From an uncultured cyanobacterium (GTDB lineage: Bacteria; Cyanobacteriota; Cyanobacteriia; Cyanobacteriales; CAWUOF01): a stretch of 64,000 nucleotides of DNA. The stretch lies in assembly GCA_963744145.1 (NCBI GenBank), contig CAVUSO010000001.1, positions 576,001-640,000 on the forward strand. The letters are read 5' to 3'. The stretch's first letter is position 1; each line of letters starts with the position of its first letter. Positions 1 to 9,776 of this stretch are shown piece after piece. The notes below the pieces were generated by a model, which saw only the letters and a list, made by a program, of their open reading frames with translations, searched no databases and was not told where the DNA came from. The translations under genes and the position numbers were made by a program.

Positions 1-1470
1 GAACGAATCGGTTTTAGTGATCTCTTAATTGACCCCGATGGAGTTGTTCGTCGTCATTATGTCTATTCTTCTGATGGAAACTCCTTATCTTTACAGCTAG
101 CTCTTGCTTATTTAGACAAAGAACATATTGCAGTTCAAGCCAATCAAAATAAACTTCTGCAATTAAATAAAGTAGTATTAATACCTTTAAAAGTTCATTC
201 TGGCAGTTATAAAACTATTAATACTTCTGGCTATCAAATTTTGCTTAATTATCGCGGTTATCAAACTGAGAATATTGCCCGATCGGTTAATATTACCCAG
301 TTGTTAAATGATCAGGTTAATCCGGAATGGGTGAAAGATAAAATTGTCTTAATTGGCACTACTGCCCCCAGTGGTAAAGACTTATTTAATACTCCCTATA
401 GTGCTACTAAAAAAGGGAACCGGAAAATGGCTGGGATAGTAATTCATGCCCAAATGACATCCCAACTGATTAGTGCTGCTTTAGATCAGCGTCCTTTGTT
501 ATCACCTTGGTCAGAATGGTTAGAAATATTATGGATTAGTACATGGGCTTTTATCGGTGGGATTGTGGGTTGGCGGATTCATCATCCGGTATGGTTAGGA
601 TTAACAGTTCTTCTCCTCTTGATCGGTTTGTTTGCTCTGGGAATGTGGTTATTTATCCAAGGAACATGGATTCCGATCGCGGCACCACTTTTGGCTGCTA
701 TTCTGACCACTACTGTTGTAGTAGTTTATCAGTTAAATCAGGCAATTCGCCAGCATCAGATGATGATGAAACTGTTAGGTCAACAAACTTCTCCAGCGAT
801 CGCTAATGCTTTGTGGAATAGTCGTGTCCGTTTACTCAATCAAGGGATATTACCAGGACAAAATTTAACTGCGACAATTTTGTTAACTGATATTAAAGGA
901 TTTAGCACTATTTCTGAAAAGAAACCCCCCGAAACTGTAATGAGTTGGTTGAATGAATACTTATCAGCGATGACTCAAGTAGTCCAGTCTCATCAAGGTG
1001 TCATTAATAAGTTTACAGGTGATGGTCTGATGGCTGTGTTTGGTGTACCCGTACCCCGGACCACAGAAGCAGAAATTGCTCAGGATGCTCAACGAGCTGT
1101 AGCTTGTGCTTTAGCGATGCGCGATCGTCTAGAAGCACTAAATATTTCCTGGGATGCTCGGTCCTTACCAATGGTGCAAATGCGGATCGGGATTTTTACT
1201 GGTCCAGTTATGGTAGGTAGTTTGGGCGGTAAAGATCGCTTAGAATATGGAGTGATTGGCAATAGTGTTAATATTGCTTCTAGGTTAGAAAGTTACGAGA
1301 AAGAGCGTCTTGAGGGCACATGTCGGATTCTCATTGCCCAAGAAACTCTCAATTATCTGCAAGAAAAATTTGCAGTAGAATCATGGGGGTGGTTGCAACT
1401 ACGAGGAAAACAAGAGCAGGTTAACGTTTATCTGGTTGTTGGTACTCGTCTCAGCTCCTCGCTCCCTTGA
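1..1470 (+). CDS. CHASE2-domain adenylate/guanylate cyclase (5' partial)
   Basis: Frame is open from base 1 (ERIGFSDLLIDPDGVVRR, KIVLIGTTA, CHASE2-like), then 3 TM helices and class III cyclase motifs TDIKGFS, KFTGDG, GNSVNIASRLE. Confidence 0.9.
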   Translation, partial: ERIGFSDLLIDPDGVVRRHYVYSSDGNSLSLQLALAYLDKEHIAVQANQNKLLQLNKVVLIPLKVHSGSYKTINTSGYQILLNYRGYQTENIARSVNITQLLNDQVNPEWVKDKIVLIGTTAPSGKDLFNTPYSATKKGNRKMAGIVIHAQMTSQLISAALDQRPLLSPWSEWLEILWISTWAFIGGIVGWRIHHPVWLGLTVLLLLIGLFALGMWLFIQGTWIPIAAPLLAAILTTTVVVVYQLNQAIRQHQMMMKLLGQQTSPAIANALWNSRVRLLNQGILPGQNLTATILLTDIKGFSTISEKKPPETVMSWLNEYLSAMTQVVQSHQGVINKFTGDGLMAVFGVPVPRTTEAEIAQDAQRAVACALAMRDRLEALNISWDARSLPMVQMRIGIFTGPVMVGSLGGKDRLEYGVIGNSVNIASRLESYEKERLEGTCRILIAQETLNYLQEKFAVESWGWLQLRGKQEQVNVYLVVGTRLSSSLP

Positions 1471-1554
1471 TGAAACATCCATCTAGCTATTGGTTATTGC
1501 TATAACTGCTTGCAGTAATAAAGATGAAATAGCAAGGATCATAATAAAAGACCT

Positions 1555-2343
1555 ATGCCTACCCTTAGACCTCTGACCACTTTTATTACTATACCTTTAG
1601 TATCTCTGCTGAGTTTGTTACCCTTGACTTTATCAACTCAGGCGATCGCTGCTGATCTACCCGTTATTGATAAAACAGATGATCCCACAGATTCTGGTGC
1701 TACTCATGTAACTTTACCCGATCCCGGTAAAACTGATGGGACAGAATCTGGTGGGACTAGAGGACCATGTATTCCAGCTGATCAAGGAGAACATTGGAGA
1801 CATATCATCCCCTTAATCCCTGAATCTAATCTTGGACAAACAGTCACAGGAAATCCCACTTTCTTTTTTTACATCCCTTTGACTAATGCCCAATCCGCTG
1901 AATTTGCGCTCAAAGATGATCTTAACAATGACATTTACAAAACTACTTTTGATCTGATTACCAGTCCGGGAATTATTAATATCAAAATGCCTAATCCTCC
2001 GATAATCTCCTTAATGGTTGGTCAGGAATATCATTGGGATTTTGCTTTAATTTGCAATGCTCAAGACCGGAAAAATGATCTTGTCGTTAAAGGGTGGATC
2101 AAACGGATGCAACTGGAAACCAGTATTGAGCGTCAATTGTCCAATGCTAAATTGTCTGATTTGTTTGTAATTTATAGAGACAATAATATTTGGTATGATG
2201 CTTTGGCAGTTTTAGCTGAACTAAAGATCAAAGATCCTAATGATCCTCAAACCACCGAGGATTGGGAAAATTTATTAAAGTCTTTTGGATTAAGTGAAAT
2301 TGTGAAAGAACCACTAATTAAAAGTAAAGCAAATAGGATATAA
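1555..2343 (+). CDS. DUF928 domain protein
   Basis: Signal peptide, GGTRG-C, PTFFFYIP, YHWDFALIC, IWYDAL motifs; usual partner of CHASE2 genes. Confidence 0.85.
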   Translation: MPTLRPLTTFITIPLVSLLSLLPLTLSTQAIAADLPVIDKTDDPTDSGATHVTLPDPGKTDGTESGGTRGPCIPADQGEHWRHIIPLIPESNLGQTVTGNPTFFFYIPLTNAQSAEFALKDDLNNDIYKTTFDLITSPGIINIKMPNPPIISLMVGQEYHWDFALICNAQDRKNDLVVKGWIKRMQLETSIERQLSNAKLSDLFVIYRDNNIWYDALAVLAELKIKDPNDPQTTEDWENLLKSFGLSEIVKEPLIKSKANRI

Positions 2344-2420
2344 GCTAACAATGATATTGTTGAGTTCCAATTTAGGTAAAAATTGTCAGCAGTTTAATCA
2401 ATCTCAATGGCAGAGGAAGG

Positions 2421-2558
2421 TCAGAAAATTTCGGTAGTAGTAGAATTAGGCTGTAACTGTGATAATTTGATCACCTCATTAACAGCAGGGGGCTTAATTC
2501 CTAGAAATAGGTTAAGTAAGAAAGTTATTATAGCTGCTAATAACAGTTTTTCATACAT
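2421..2558 (-). CDS. small hypothetical membrane or secreted peptide (45 aa)
   Basis: ATG at 2558 preceded by AGGAG; hydrophobic N-terminus MYEKLLLAAIITFLLNLFLG. Confidence 0.45.
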   Translation of the reverse strand: MYEKLLLAAIITFLLNLFLGIKPPAVNEVIKLSQLQPNSTTTEIF

Positions 2559-2971
2559 ATTCCGCTCTCTCCTCTTTTCCTTCTTACTACCAAAGAGCAG
2601 GGGACTTGTTCTTTTTGGTATTTTATACTTAATATTATGATTGATTTTTGACAATTCACTGGCGATCGCTAAGGGAAAACAATGTGATGATTACCACTAT
2701 TTTTTGTGATTTTGATCACAGGAGCAAGGAACTGGTGATTTCTAAATAAAAGTTGATCAATATCACCCAGCCAAGAAAGTCTATGCTAGACTATAAACCC
2801 GAAATAAGTGAGAGCAGGTAAAAGTAATGACCCTAAATGACTTATTCATGTTGTTATTGCTACTTAGTCCCGGTCTTTTACTATCCATATTGATTATGGG
2901 TTCTTTTGCAGCAGGGGGCTGAAAAAAGTTAAATTGTTTGCTACCATCCTCGGAGAGTGAGGATGGTAGGA

Positions 2972-3520
2972 TCAATCTGATAGATCATCAAAAACTTCAG
3001 AACTTGCGGATAAATGATGATTTGTCCTCGGGATATCCGAAGGGCTATTTTCTGGTGGACTAGGACTAGATAAAGAATGGTCATGCAAGTCTAGAGTAGA
3101 GATGGGAGTCGGTGATAACCGATCGCGCGATCGCTTTGGGGGAGGAGCCGCAGAAGGTGTTTTAGTAAAAGTTTGCCAAGCTGCTTTTACCCCAGCTAAC
3201 ACACTGCGAGTGGTAGTATTAACTTTTTTTACCTGTTTTTTAGCACTATCAAGACTTTGATCGACTTGTTTCACCACCTGTCCCGCACTTTGCACACCTT
3301 CAGTCACATCATCAGTTAAGTCACTAATTTCCATACCTGTCAGACGGATTGCTTCTAAAGTGGGGGGTAATTCCCTTCTAAGAGTATCGGCTAATTTTTC
3401 CACACTCCGAGCAGCTCGAGCTAATTCTTGCAAAGCCGGAATTGCAGCCACTAAAACCGCAGTTAGGCTGACAGAAACCAATAAAATAGATAATCCTAGC
3501 CAAAATATGGGGTCAATCAC
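2972..3520 (-). CDS. DUF948-like membrane-anchored coiled-coil protein
   Basis: N-terminal TM, ELARAARSVEKLADTLRRELPPTLEAIRLTG; adjacent to YtxH gene. Confidence 0.75.
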   Translation of the reverse strand: MIDPIFWLGLSILLVSVSLTAVLVAAIPALQELARAARSVEKLADTLRRELPPTLEAIRLTGMEISDLTDDVTEGVQSAGQVVKQVDQSLDSAKKQVKKVNTTTRSVLAGVKAAWQTFTKTPSAAPPPKRSRDRLSPTPISTLDLHDHSLSSPSPPENSPSDIPRTNHHLSASSEVFDDLSD

Positions 3521-3532
3521 GGATATATGAAC

Positions 3533-3883
3533 CTATAAGCGATCGCGAACTGACAAATTCGACTGTCCAGCAGCGGGATTTTCAGTTAGATTAGTAATTT
3601 GAGCCTCTCGCTTACTCGCTTCGACTCCAGCAGCGATCGCTGCTTGTAATTTTTCCAGGGTTTTATCCCAGTTACGTAAAGCTGTTTCAGACAGACGATC
3701 TGCTTGAATTTGCATACTTGTCGATAGATCTTCGGCTAGTTCTGGAAGAGCATCGGCTGATTTTTTCAATAATTGTCTCGTTTGACTCCCACTTCGAGGT
3801 GCAAACAGCAAACCTGCTACTGCTCCAATTGCAGTCCCTACCAGCATTCCACCAATAAATGCTCCAGAACGGTTTTTTGACAT
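3533..3883 (-). CDS. YtxH domain protein
   Basis: FIGGMLVGTAIGAVAGLLFAPRSG signature. Confidence 0.85.
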   Translation of the reverse strand: MSKNRSGAFIGGMLVGTAIGAVAGLLFAPRSGSQTRQLLKKSADALPELAEDLSTSMQIQADRLSETALRNWDKTLEKLQAAIAAGVEASKREAQITNLTENPAAGQSNLSVRDRL

Positions 3884-4032
3884 CTTTTCCTTCAATCTAT
3901 TCCTAAATCAATTTTAGGCAGCCCGGATGCAGATAGCTACCATTAAGCTACTACTTATATTTATTCTATTAAACCTTACGCTCAAACTACTCCTGACGCC
4001 AAGAGATCAGGGGAGAGGAGCCCAAATCAGGG

Positions 4033-4371
4033 TCAAAATTTGGAAAAAGGCTTTTTTACCGATTGAGCTTGTCGTCCACTAGATCGACGTGACCAAGCTT
4101 TTTGACCCAGACTCAGTAATGCTAAAACTTGTTGGACTTTTTCTAGTTGAGTTGCCAATTCGTGATATTGGTAACGAAGCGATCTTGTGCCCCTCCGTCC
4201 TTTAATGATAGCATCTGGGGCGAGATGGAGGACATCATAAGTTTTTCGTTCAACTGAGGTGAGTGTGTCTGCTACCTTAGCTAATACTTGGCGGATCTGC
4301 CATAACTGACCCATGGTATATAAACACATCAGTGCTAGAACTGCATTGATGGCTAAAACTATTGTCAACAT
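4033..4371 (-). CDS. conserved hypothetical membrane-anchored protein
   Basis: 112-aa ORF with N-terminal TM, co-oriented with ytxH. Confidence 0.65.
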   Translation of the reverse strand: MLTIVLAINAVLALMCLYTMGQLWQIRQVLAKVADTLTSVERKTYDVLHLAPDAIIKGRRGTRSLRYQYHELATQLEKVQQVLALLSLGQKAWSRRSSGRQAQSVKKPFSKF

Positions 4372-4531
4372 TTTTTAACCTTCCGGGGATTTTTCCCTAA
4401 TATTTAGGATGATATACCGATTTTAACGATCGCTCCTATAACTTGATATGATATCAAAATATTGTGAAAGTTAGATCTATTGTTGCCAGCAAAGCTGTTA
4501 AAGTAAAGTGAGAATTACATGATTATCCATT

Positions 4532-4939
4532 ATGAAAATTGCCTATATTGCGATCGGTCTAGGGGGATTGAGTGTAATCGGATTAGGAGTGGTAATGGCC
4601 ATGACTAATCCGTCCCAGAACGTTTATGATGAGTATGCTGTGAACAAACTGACTCAAGCTGCCAAAAATGTTTGTGATAAACTGCCCATTTCTGCAAGAA
4701 ATTGCTCATCAATCATCGATTCTAAGCGTTCTCAAATTCAGCAAATTATTTCGGAGAAAACTCAACGGTATAATTTGATTATTGCTAGTATTTATATTAC
4801 CAATATCTCCATTCCTTTTTTGCCTTTTTCTCCTTCCTGTCAAGTAGAAACAATTGGAATTATGCAAAATTTATATACTATTAAAGCCGAAAATAAATCA
4901 GGACAGAGCTGTGGTAACTTACTCGGAATTTCTCAATAA
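4532..4939 (+). CDS. DUF4359 domain protein
   Basis: TM then TNPSQNVYDEYA, TQRYNLIIASIY, ETIGI. Confidence 0.75.
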   Translation: MKIAYIAIGLGGLSVIGLGVVMAMTNPSQNVYDEYAVNKLTQAAKNVCDKLPISARNCSSIIDSKRSQIQQIISEKTQRYNLIIASIYITNISIPFLPFSPSCQVETIGIMQNLYTIKAENKSGQSCGNLLGISQ

Positions 4940-4968
4940 ATATTCTGGCAAAATATTAAGGTGATTAT

Positions 4969-6442
4969 ATGAGTTACTGTATGAATTTAAGATGTAAATA
5001 TCCGGAAAATTCTGAGTTAGATCAGAATTGTAAAAATTGCGGCTTATCTCTACTACTAAAAGGTAGGTATCGCGCGATTAAATCGATTGGTCGTGGAGGG
5101 TTTGGTAAGACTTATTTAGCAGTAGATGAAGATATTCCCTCTAAACCTAAGTGTGTGATTAAGCAACTTTCTTATCCAGATGATGATCAAGAACTTTATG
5201 AAAAAGTAGTTGAACTATTTACCCAAGAAGCCATCCGTCTAGATGAGCTAGGTAAGCATCCCCAAATCCCGACATTGTTAGCTTATTTTCACGAAAATGA
5301 ACAATTTTATTTAGTTCAAGAGCTGATTGAAGGACAGGATTTACATAAAGATTTACAACAACATGATGCTTGTACCAGAAGAAGAAATTTGGGAATTATT
5401 ACGAAGTTTACTACCCGTATTACAGTTTATTCATGAAAACAATATAATTCATCGGGATATTAAACCATCTAATATTATCCGTCGCGATCGCGATCAAAAA
5501 TTATTTTTAATTGATTTCGGAATAGCTAAACTAATCACCGGAACAGCATTATTAAAAACGGGAACACTAATCGGTAGTCCCGAATATATGTCACCGGAAC
5601 AAAACCGAGGTAAAGCTGTAATGGCTAGTGATTTATATAGTTTAGGGGTTACTTGTATCAATTTACTCACAGGAGTGCCACCCTTGGATATGTTTGATAT
5701 CAATAATGACTGTTGGGTATGGCGGAATTTTTTACTACCTGGACACCAAGTCAGCGATCGCTTAGGTAAAATTTTAGACAAACTATTACAAAGTGCGATT
5801 AGTAAGCGTTATAAATCTGCGGTGGAAGTTTTGAATGATATTAACCCACCAAAAGTTGTATTACCACAACCATTAGCACCACAACCACAACCATTAGCAC
5901 CACAACCATTACCCCCTCCCCAACCAGAATCATTCTTAGTCAAAATATTTCCCAATTTCAAGCAGAAACCCGATGTGATCATTTCTGAAATTGGGATTAA
6001 CTATCAGAAACTAACAGATTTATTAAATGCTAATAAATGGCAATCAGCAGATGAAGAAACTTGGATGATTTTATGTCAAGCTGTTGATAAACCACTGCGA
6101 GGGTATTTAGCTCCAGATAATATTGAGCATTTACCTTGTGAAGATTTATTAATCCTTGATCATCTATGGTTAAAATTTAGCAAGGGACGATTTGGATTTA
6201 GTGTGCAAAAACAGATTTTTGAAAGTGTCAATCAAGATTATGGACGTTTTTGCAAACAAGTAGGTTGGTCAATATCTTTACCTCATTATCACACCACAGG
6301 AATGATCTATAATTTGAAAGCACCCAAAGGACATTTACCTTCACGAGTATGGGTGCAAAACGGTTCTCAGTGGTGGAATCATGCTAGTGCGATCGCGAAG
6401 AAATTAGAAAGTTGTACTTCTGGTAACAACCTGGAGGGATAA
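4969..6442 (+). pseudogene. Pkn2-type Ser/Thr kinase with C-terminal GUN4 domain, one extra base at ~5368-5378 (pseudogene or sequencing error)
   Basis: N-part: CxNxxC/CxxC, GRGGFG, CVIK. C-part in a different frame: HRDIKPSN, DFG, YMSPEQ, Pro/Gln linker, GUN4 motifs WQSADEET, SKGRFGFSVQ, APKGHLP. Confidence 0.85.
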
Positions 6443-6483
6443 CAATCAAGCTGAAACATTTATGGATAAAGATTAGAGCTTAG
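6356..6483 (+). repeat. 128-bp direct repeat, left copy (3' end of kinase gene plus intergenic)
   Basis: Matches 17764-17891 with 6 mismatches by manual alignment. Confidence 0.95.
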
Positions 6484-6597
6484 GAATAGAAATTAAATAA
6501 TTAGCTCGCTATGGCAAGCTCCAATACCCCAACAATTATAGATAGTCCAATAATTAACCAGAATCATTAATGATCAAGGAGAACTATTAGCATTCAA

Positions 6598-6626
6598 GTA
6601 GGGGCGCAGTAGCTCTACGCCCCTAC
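6598..6626. repeat. REP-like palindrome GTAGGGGCG..CGCCCCTAC
   Basis: Stem-loop between convergent genes; common cyanobacterial repeat type. Confidence 0.65.
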
Positions 6627-6662
6627 TGGTAATGTGGATGATCATAAACTGGGATCAGATAG

Positions 6663-8114
6663 TTAAAGATTTTCCTCAGCCCTAAACCTGGTATGAATTT
6701 CCTCAATAGAATTATTCATATTTTCTACGATTTTTGGATAACGTTTCTTTTGGAAAAGGAACCATCCAAACCCAGCCATGAAGTAAATTAAAACCAAGTA
6801 GGGGAGAATATTTTGAGGAAAGTCTGGAACAGGAAATAGACTACTACCAGGAATTCCAATTGTGCCAATAAAAGGCAGGAGCATAAAACTAACTGCTAAA
6901 ATAGTAAATAGCAAATTTATTGGTTGCAGTTTATTAAGTTGGAACAAGTAGACTGGTGCTGCAATGGAAACCAAAATGTACATTACCAAAAATCCAAAAG
7001 AGCAAATGATACTAAAATAATTTTGTAAGTCAAACGTACTATAGCCATATACCTTGAATAGGGAGGGGATAATCAAGATAATAAAACCTGATAAAGCGAT
7101 CGCATTGTGAGGTGTAAGATTAGTATCATGGGTTTTTCCTAAAGAATGGTGAAACCAACCATGAAGTGACATGGACAGCAATATTCGGGCTGTGAAATTA
7201 ATCGAACCGCAGACAGCAAAGAAGAAAGAAAGTACGACACCTATACTAATTATTACTCCTAAAAAATCTAATCCGATCTGATGTGCTAGAAAATCTAATG
7301 GGGCTTCTATTTTACCTAAATTTACATTAGTACCGCTAAAACCCAGCACCACAATATAGGTTATGATGATGTAGAATATACCACAAAAAATTATGCTTTG
7401 TGTCACAGCTCTAGGGATAGTCTTTAGGGGGTTTTTTGCTTCATCACCCAAAGCTGTTGCACTTTCAAAGCCAGCAAAACAGAAGACAACTAGGACAATT
7501 CCCATTGTCACTCCCCCAGGAGTGGCTCCTTGCAGGCTCAATTGATTCCAATCTATCACAAAACCTTTCTGTACTAAGATAATTAAGCCCAATAAAAGGA
7601 TCAATGCGAGGCAGACTCCTTGAACTACTAGGAGAATTTTATTGGCACGAATATCCTTAAAAGCTACATAGCAAGCTGCAACAGTACCAAGGATAAATAA
7701 GGTCAAAGTATGGGTGGTAAAACCAATATTACCTAATAATTTTTGACTAAAGATGGCAAATGCACACAATAATGCCATTGCTCCAAATAAATAGCCCAAC
7801 AGCAAAGCCCAAGCACACCAAACTCCGACATGGGGACCAAGACCCTTGATAATATATGAATATATCGAACCAGGAGAAGCGGAGCGACTAGCAAATTGGT
7901 TAATGTTGAAACTGACAAATAACAGTCCAACCATACCGATCACAAAACTTAACCATATCCCATTTCCCGCACTAGCAAAAACTAAGCTTAATATATTTGC
8001 TGGGACTGTTGTAGGTGCCATTAAGACTATAGATTGAGCAATTACTGCCTCATAGGAAAGACAGTGATTTCTTAAACCATGAGGGCTTTGATTGTTGGGA
8101 ATTTCTGTTGTCAT
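6663..8114 (-). CDS. APC family amino acid/amine permease
   Basis: ~12 TM; AQSIVLMAPT, GSIYSYI, FAGFESATALGDEAKNP. Confidence 0.9.
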   Translation of the reverse strand: MTTEIPNNQSPHGLRNHCLSYEAVIAQSIVLMAPTTVPANILSLVFASAGNGIWLSFVIGMVGLLFVSFNINQFASRSASPGSIYSYIIKGLGPHVGVWCAWALLLGYLFGAMALLCAFAIFSQKLLGNIGFTTHTLTLFILGTVAACYVAFKDIRANKILLVVQGVCLALILLLGLIILVQKGFVIDWNQLSLQGATPGGVTMGIVLVVFCFAGFESATALGDEAKNPLKTIPRAVTQSIIFCGIFYIIITYIVVLGFSGTNVNLGKIEAPLDFLAHQIGLDFLGVIISIGVVLSFFFAVCGSINFTARILLSMSLHGWFHHSLGKTHDTNLTPHNAIALSGFIILIIPSLFKVYGYSTFDLQNYFSIICSFGFLVMYILVSIAAPVYLFQLNKLQPINLLFTILAVSFMLLPFIGTIGIPGSSLFPVPDFPQNILPYLVLIYFMAGFGWFLFQKKRYPKIVENMNNSIEEIHTRFRAEENL

Positions 8115-8471
8115 ATAGAACTAAGGTTTAGACTAATTTGGAACAAAAGGGACGTGATGGGAAAGCGATTGCCGGTCTATTCCCCTGGAAATATAAAATT
8201 GATAATTATTGCAAAAACCTCTTTTATCTATAAACCATGAATTATAAAATTGGCTCTTCAGGATCTAGTATGCTCGCACCATTAGTCCCTAATCTGTGCA
8301 GGCTAGCTGAAGATTCTAGATAAAATCTTAGCAGTGTTCTGACTGAAATGCTTGCTTTACTTCCCCATCAATACCTTGCACAGTAATACTTTGGGGATTT
8401 TTATTAAAAAATCAGCATACTAGGTAATGAAGAACCATAAAATTTTATTCTTCATGGCTTCTATCTGACAA

Positions 8472-8931
8472 TTATTTAGGGTCTATTGTTTCTAACTCAA
8501 GAATAGACAATTGTGGCGGGTAAAGAAAATAAAACTTTCCGTGGTCATGGATAAAACCCAACTGAAAAATACAAATTGGTTGAGTTTCATGAAAAGCTTT
8601 TAGTTGAAATGTTCTCACATCTAAGCCATCATTTCTCTCATCTTCTATCGATTGAGAAAAATCGCCGGGATATATCGTATCGAAATAAATTCCTAATTTT
8701 CCGACTTCTCTGAGAAAATGTTTAGCAGCTAACTGACAGCTATACCAATGACCCGGATTAGGAATAACTCCGAAGTATTTGCTATCATACCACCAATCCA
8801 TTTGACGATATAATTGCTCACTGACTAAAAAATCATCGCTTTCTTTAAATTCTTGCCAACCTTTATCTAGGCTGGTCCTGTAAAACTGGGTAAGACTTTT
8901 TAATGGTTTGCAGGAGATTTTCAGTAAACAT
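8472..8931 (-). CDS. hypothetical protein, probable frameshift or non-ATG start near the 5' end
   Basis: Frame of the 109-aa ORF stays open ~45 codons upstream of 8801; ATG at 8931 is one base out of frame (ATGTTTACTG vs ATGTTACTG). Confidence 0.55.
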
Positions 8932-9064
8932 GACGGCCTCGATTATAAGTCTTTCAGAACTTTAGCAAAAATTCGGACTGTAGCAACGTTAAATTTCCTA
9001 AAGTTTTGGAATAATATCCAAGTTTTCCTGTCAATACTTAACAAGTCATCGCTCTATAAGAATA

Positions 9065-9563
9065 TATGAGTTTTTGACAACTCTAAGACAGAATTTGTGA
9101 AGTTGATTGAATTTCATTGTCAGATAACAGATGAGACCGTTCCTAATGGTGACTGAGATCCTTTAATGATCTAGGCACTTGTCGTACTATACCACCATTA
9201 TTGTTCCGGCCCACACTGACACAGCTAACCATAGGATATGGTTGTTCTAATAATACCATGCAACGATTGCTAAAGGCACAAATCCAAATATTACTGAGAT
9301 CAAGGAAGCATTGCGTAAGACAGACCCTAAGCCTAAACCTGCAAAGTATCCATCTAGGATTAGATAAACGGAAGTAAATCCCAGTAAGGGGAATAGCCAA
9401 GGAATATAACTTGTCAGAAGCGAAGTCACTTCACCATAATTGGTCAATACCCCAAAGACCTTCTGGGGAAAAAGGAAACACACAAGGGCACAACTGATTC
9501 CTACCTCTAAACTCCGTCCTACCGTCACCTGCCATAAGAGGAATAACTTTTCACTCGCTTGTC
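9065..9563 (-). pseudogene. diverged duplicate of the 3' end of the MATE gene plus its downstream flank
   Basis: Aligns with ~11572-12070 (TVGRSLEVGISC...FGFVPLA.VAWYY); His codon changed to TAG at 9247; 5' part absent. Confidence 0.9.
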
Positions 9564-9685
9564 GGCTCTCCCGGATGTTTGGTATAAAGAGTAGCGAATA
9601 ATACAGTTTTTCAGATAATGAAGTCTGAAAACCTTGATATAGCTATACCATAAGTTTGCGTTATCACCACAAATACGGGAGAGCC
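9564..9685. mobile_element. 122-bp MITE with GGCTCTCCCG terminal inverted repeats
   Basis: GGCTCTCCCGGATGTTTGGTATAA ... TTATCACCACAAATACGGGAGAGCC; internal TTTTCAGA/TCTGAAAA palindrome; no ORF. Confidence 0.7.
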
Positions 9686-9718
9686 TTTATTTCCTGCGAT
9701 TGCTATGCTACTATGGTC

Positions 9719-9748
9719 TAGTCAGTAAACTTTTCGGTTTACTGACTA
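9719..9748 (+). promoter_or_regulatory. perfect 12-bp hairpin upstream of the halogenase
   Basis: TAGTCAGTAAAC-ttttcg-GTTTACTGACTA, ending ~28 nt before the ATG; function unknown. Confidence 0.45.
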
Positions 9749-9776
9749 TGTTATTTTCAGGTGATGGTTTAGTTAT

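Noticed and set aside
5863-5925. Short tandem repeat CCACAACCATTAGCA
   Set aside because: Ordinary Pro/Gln linker between the kinase and GUN4 domains
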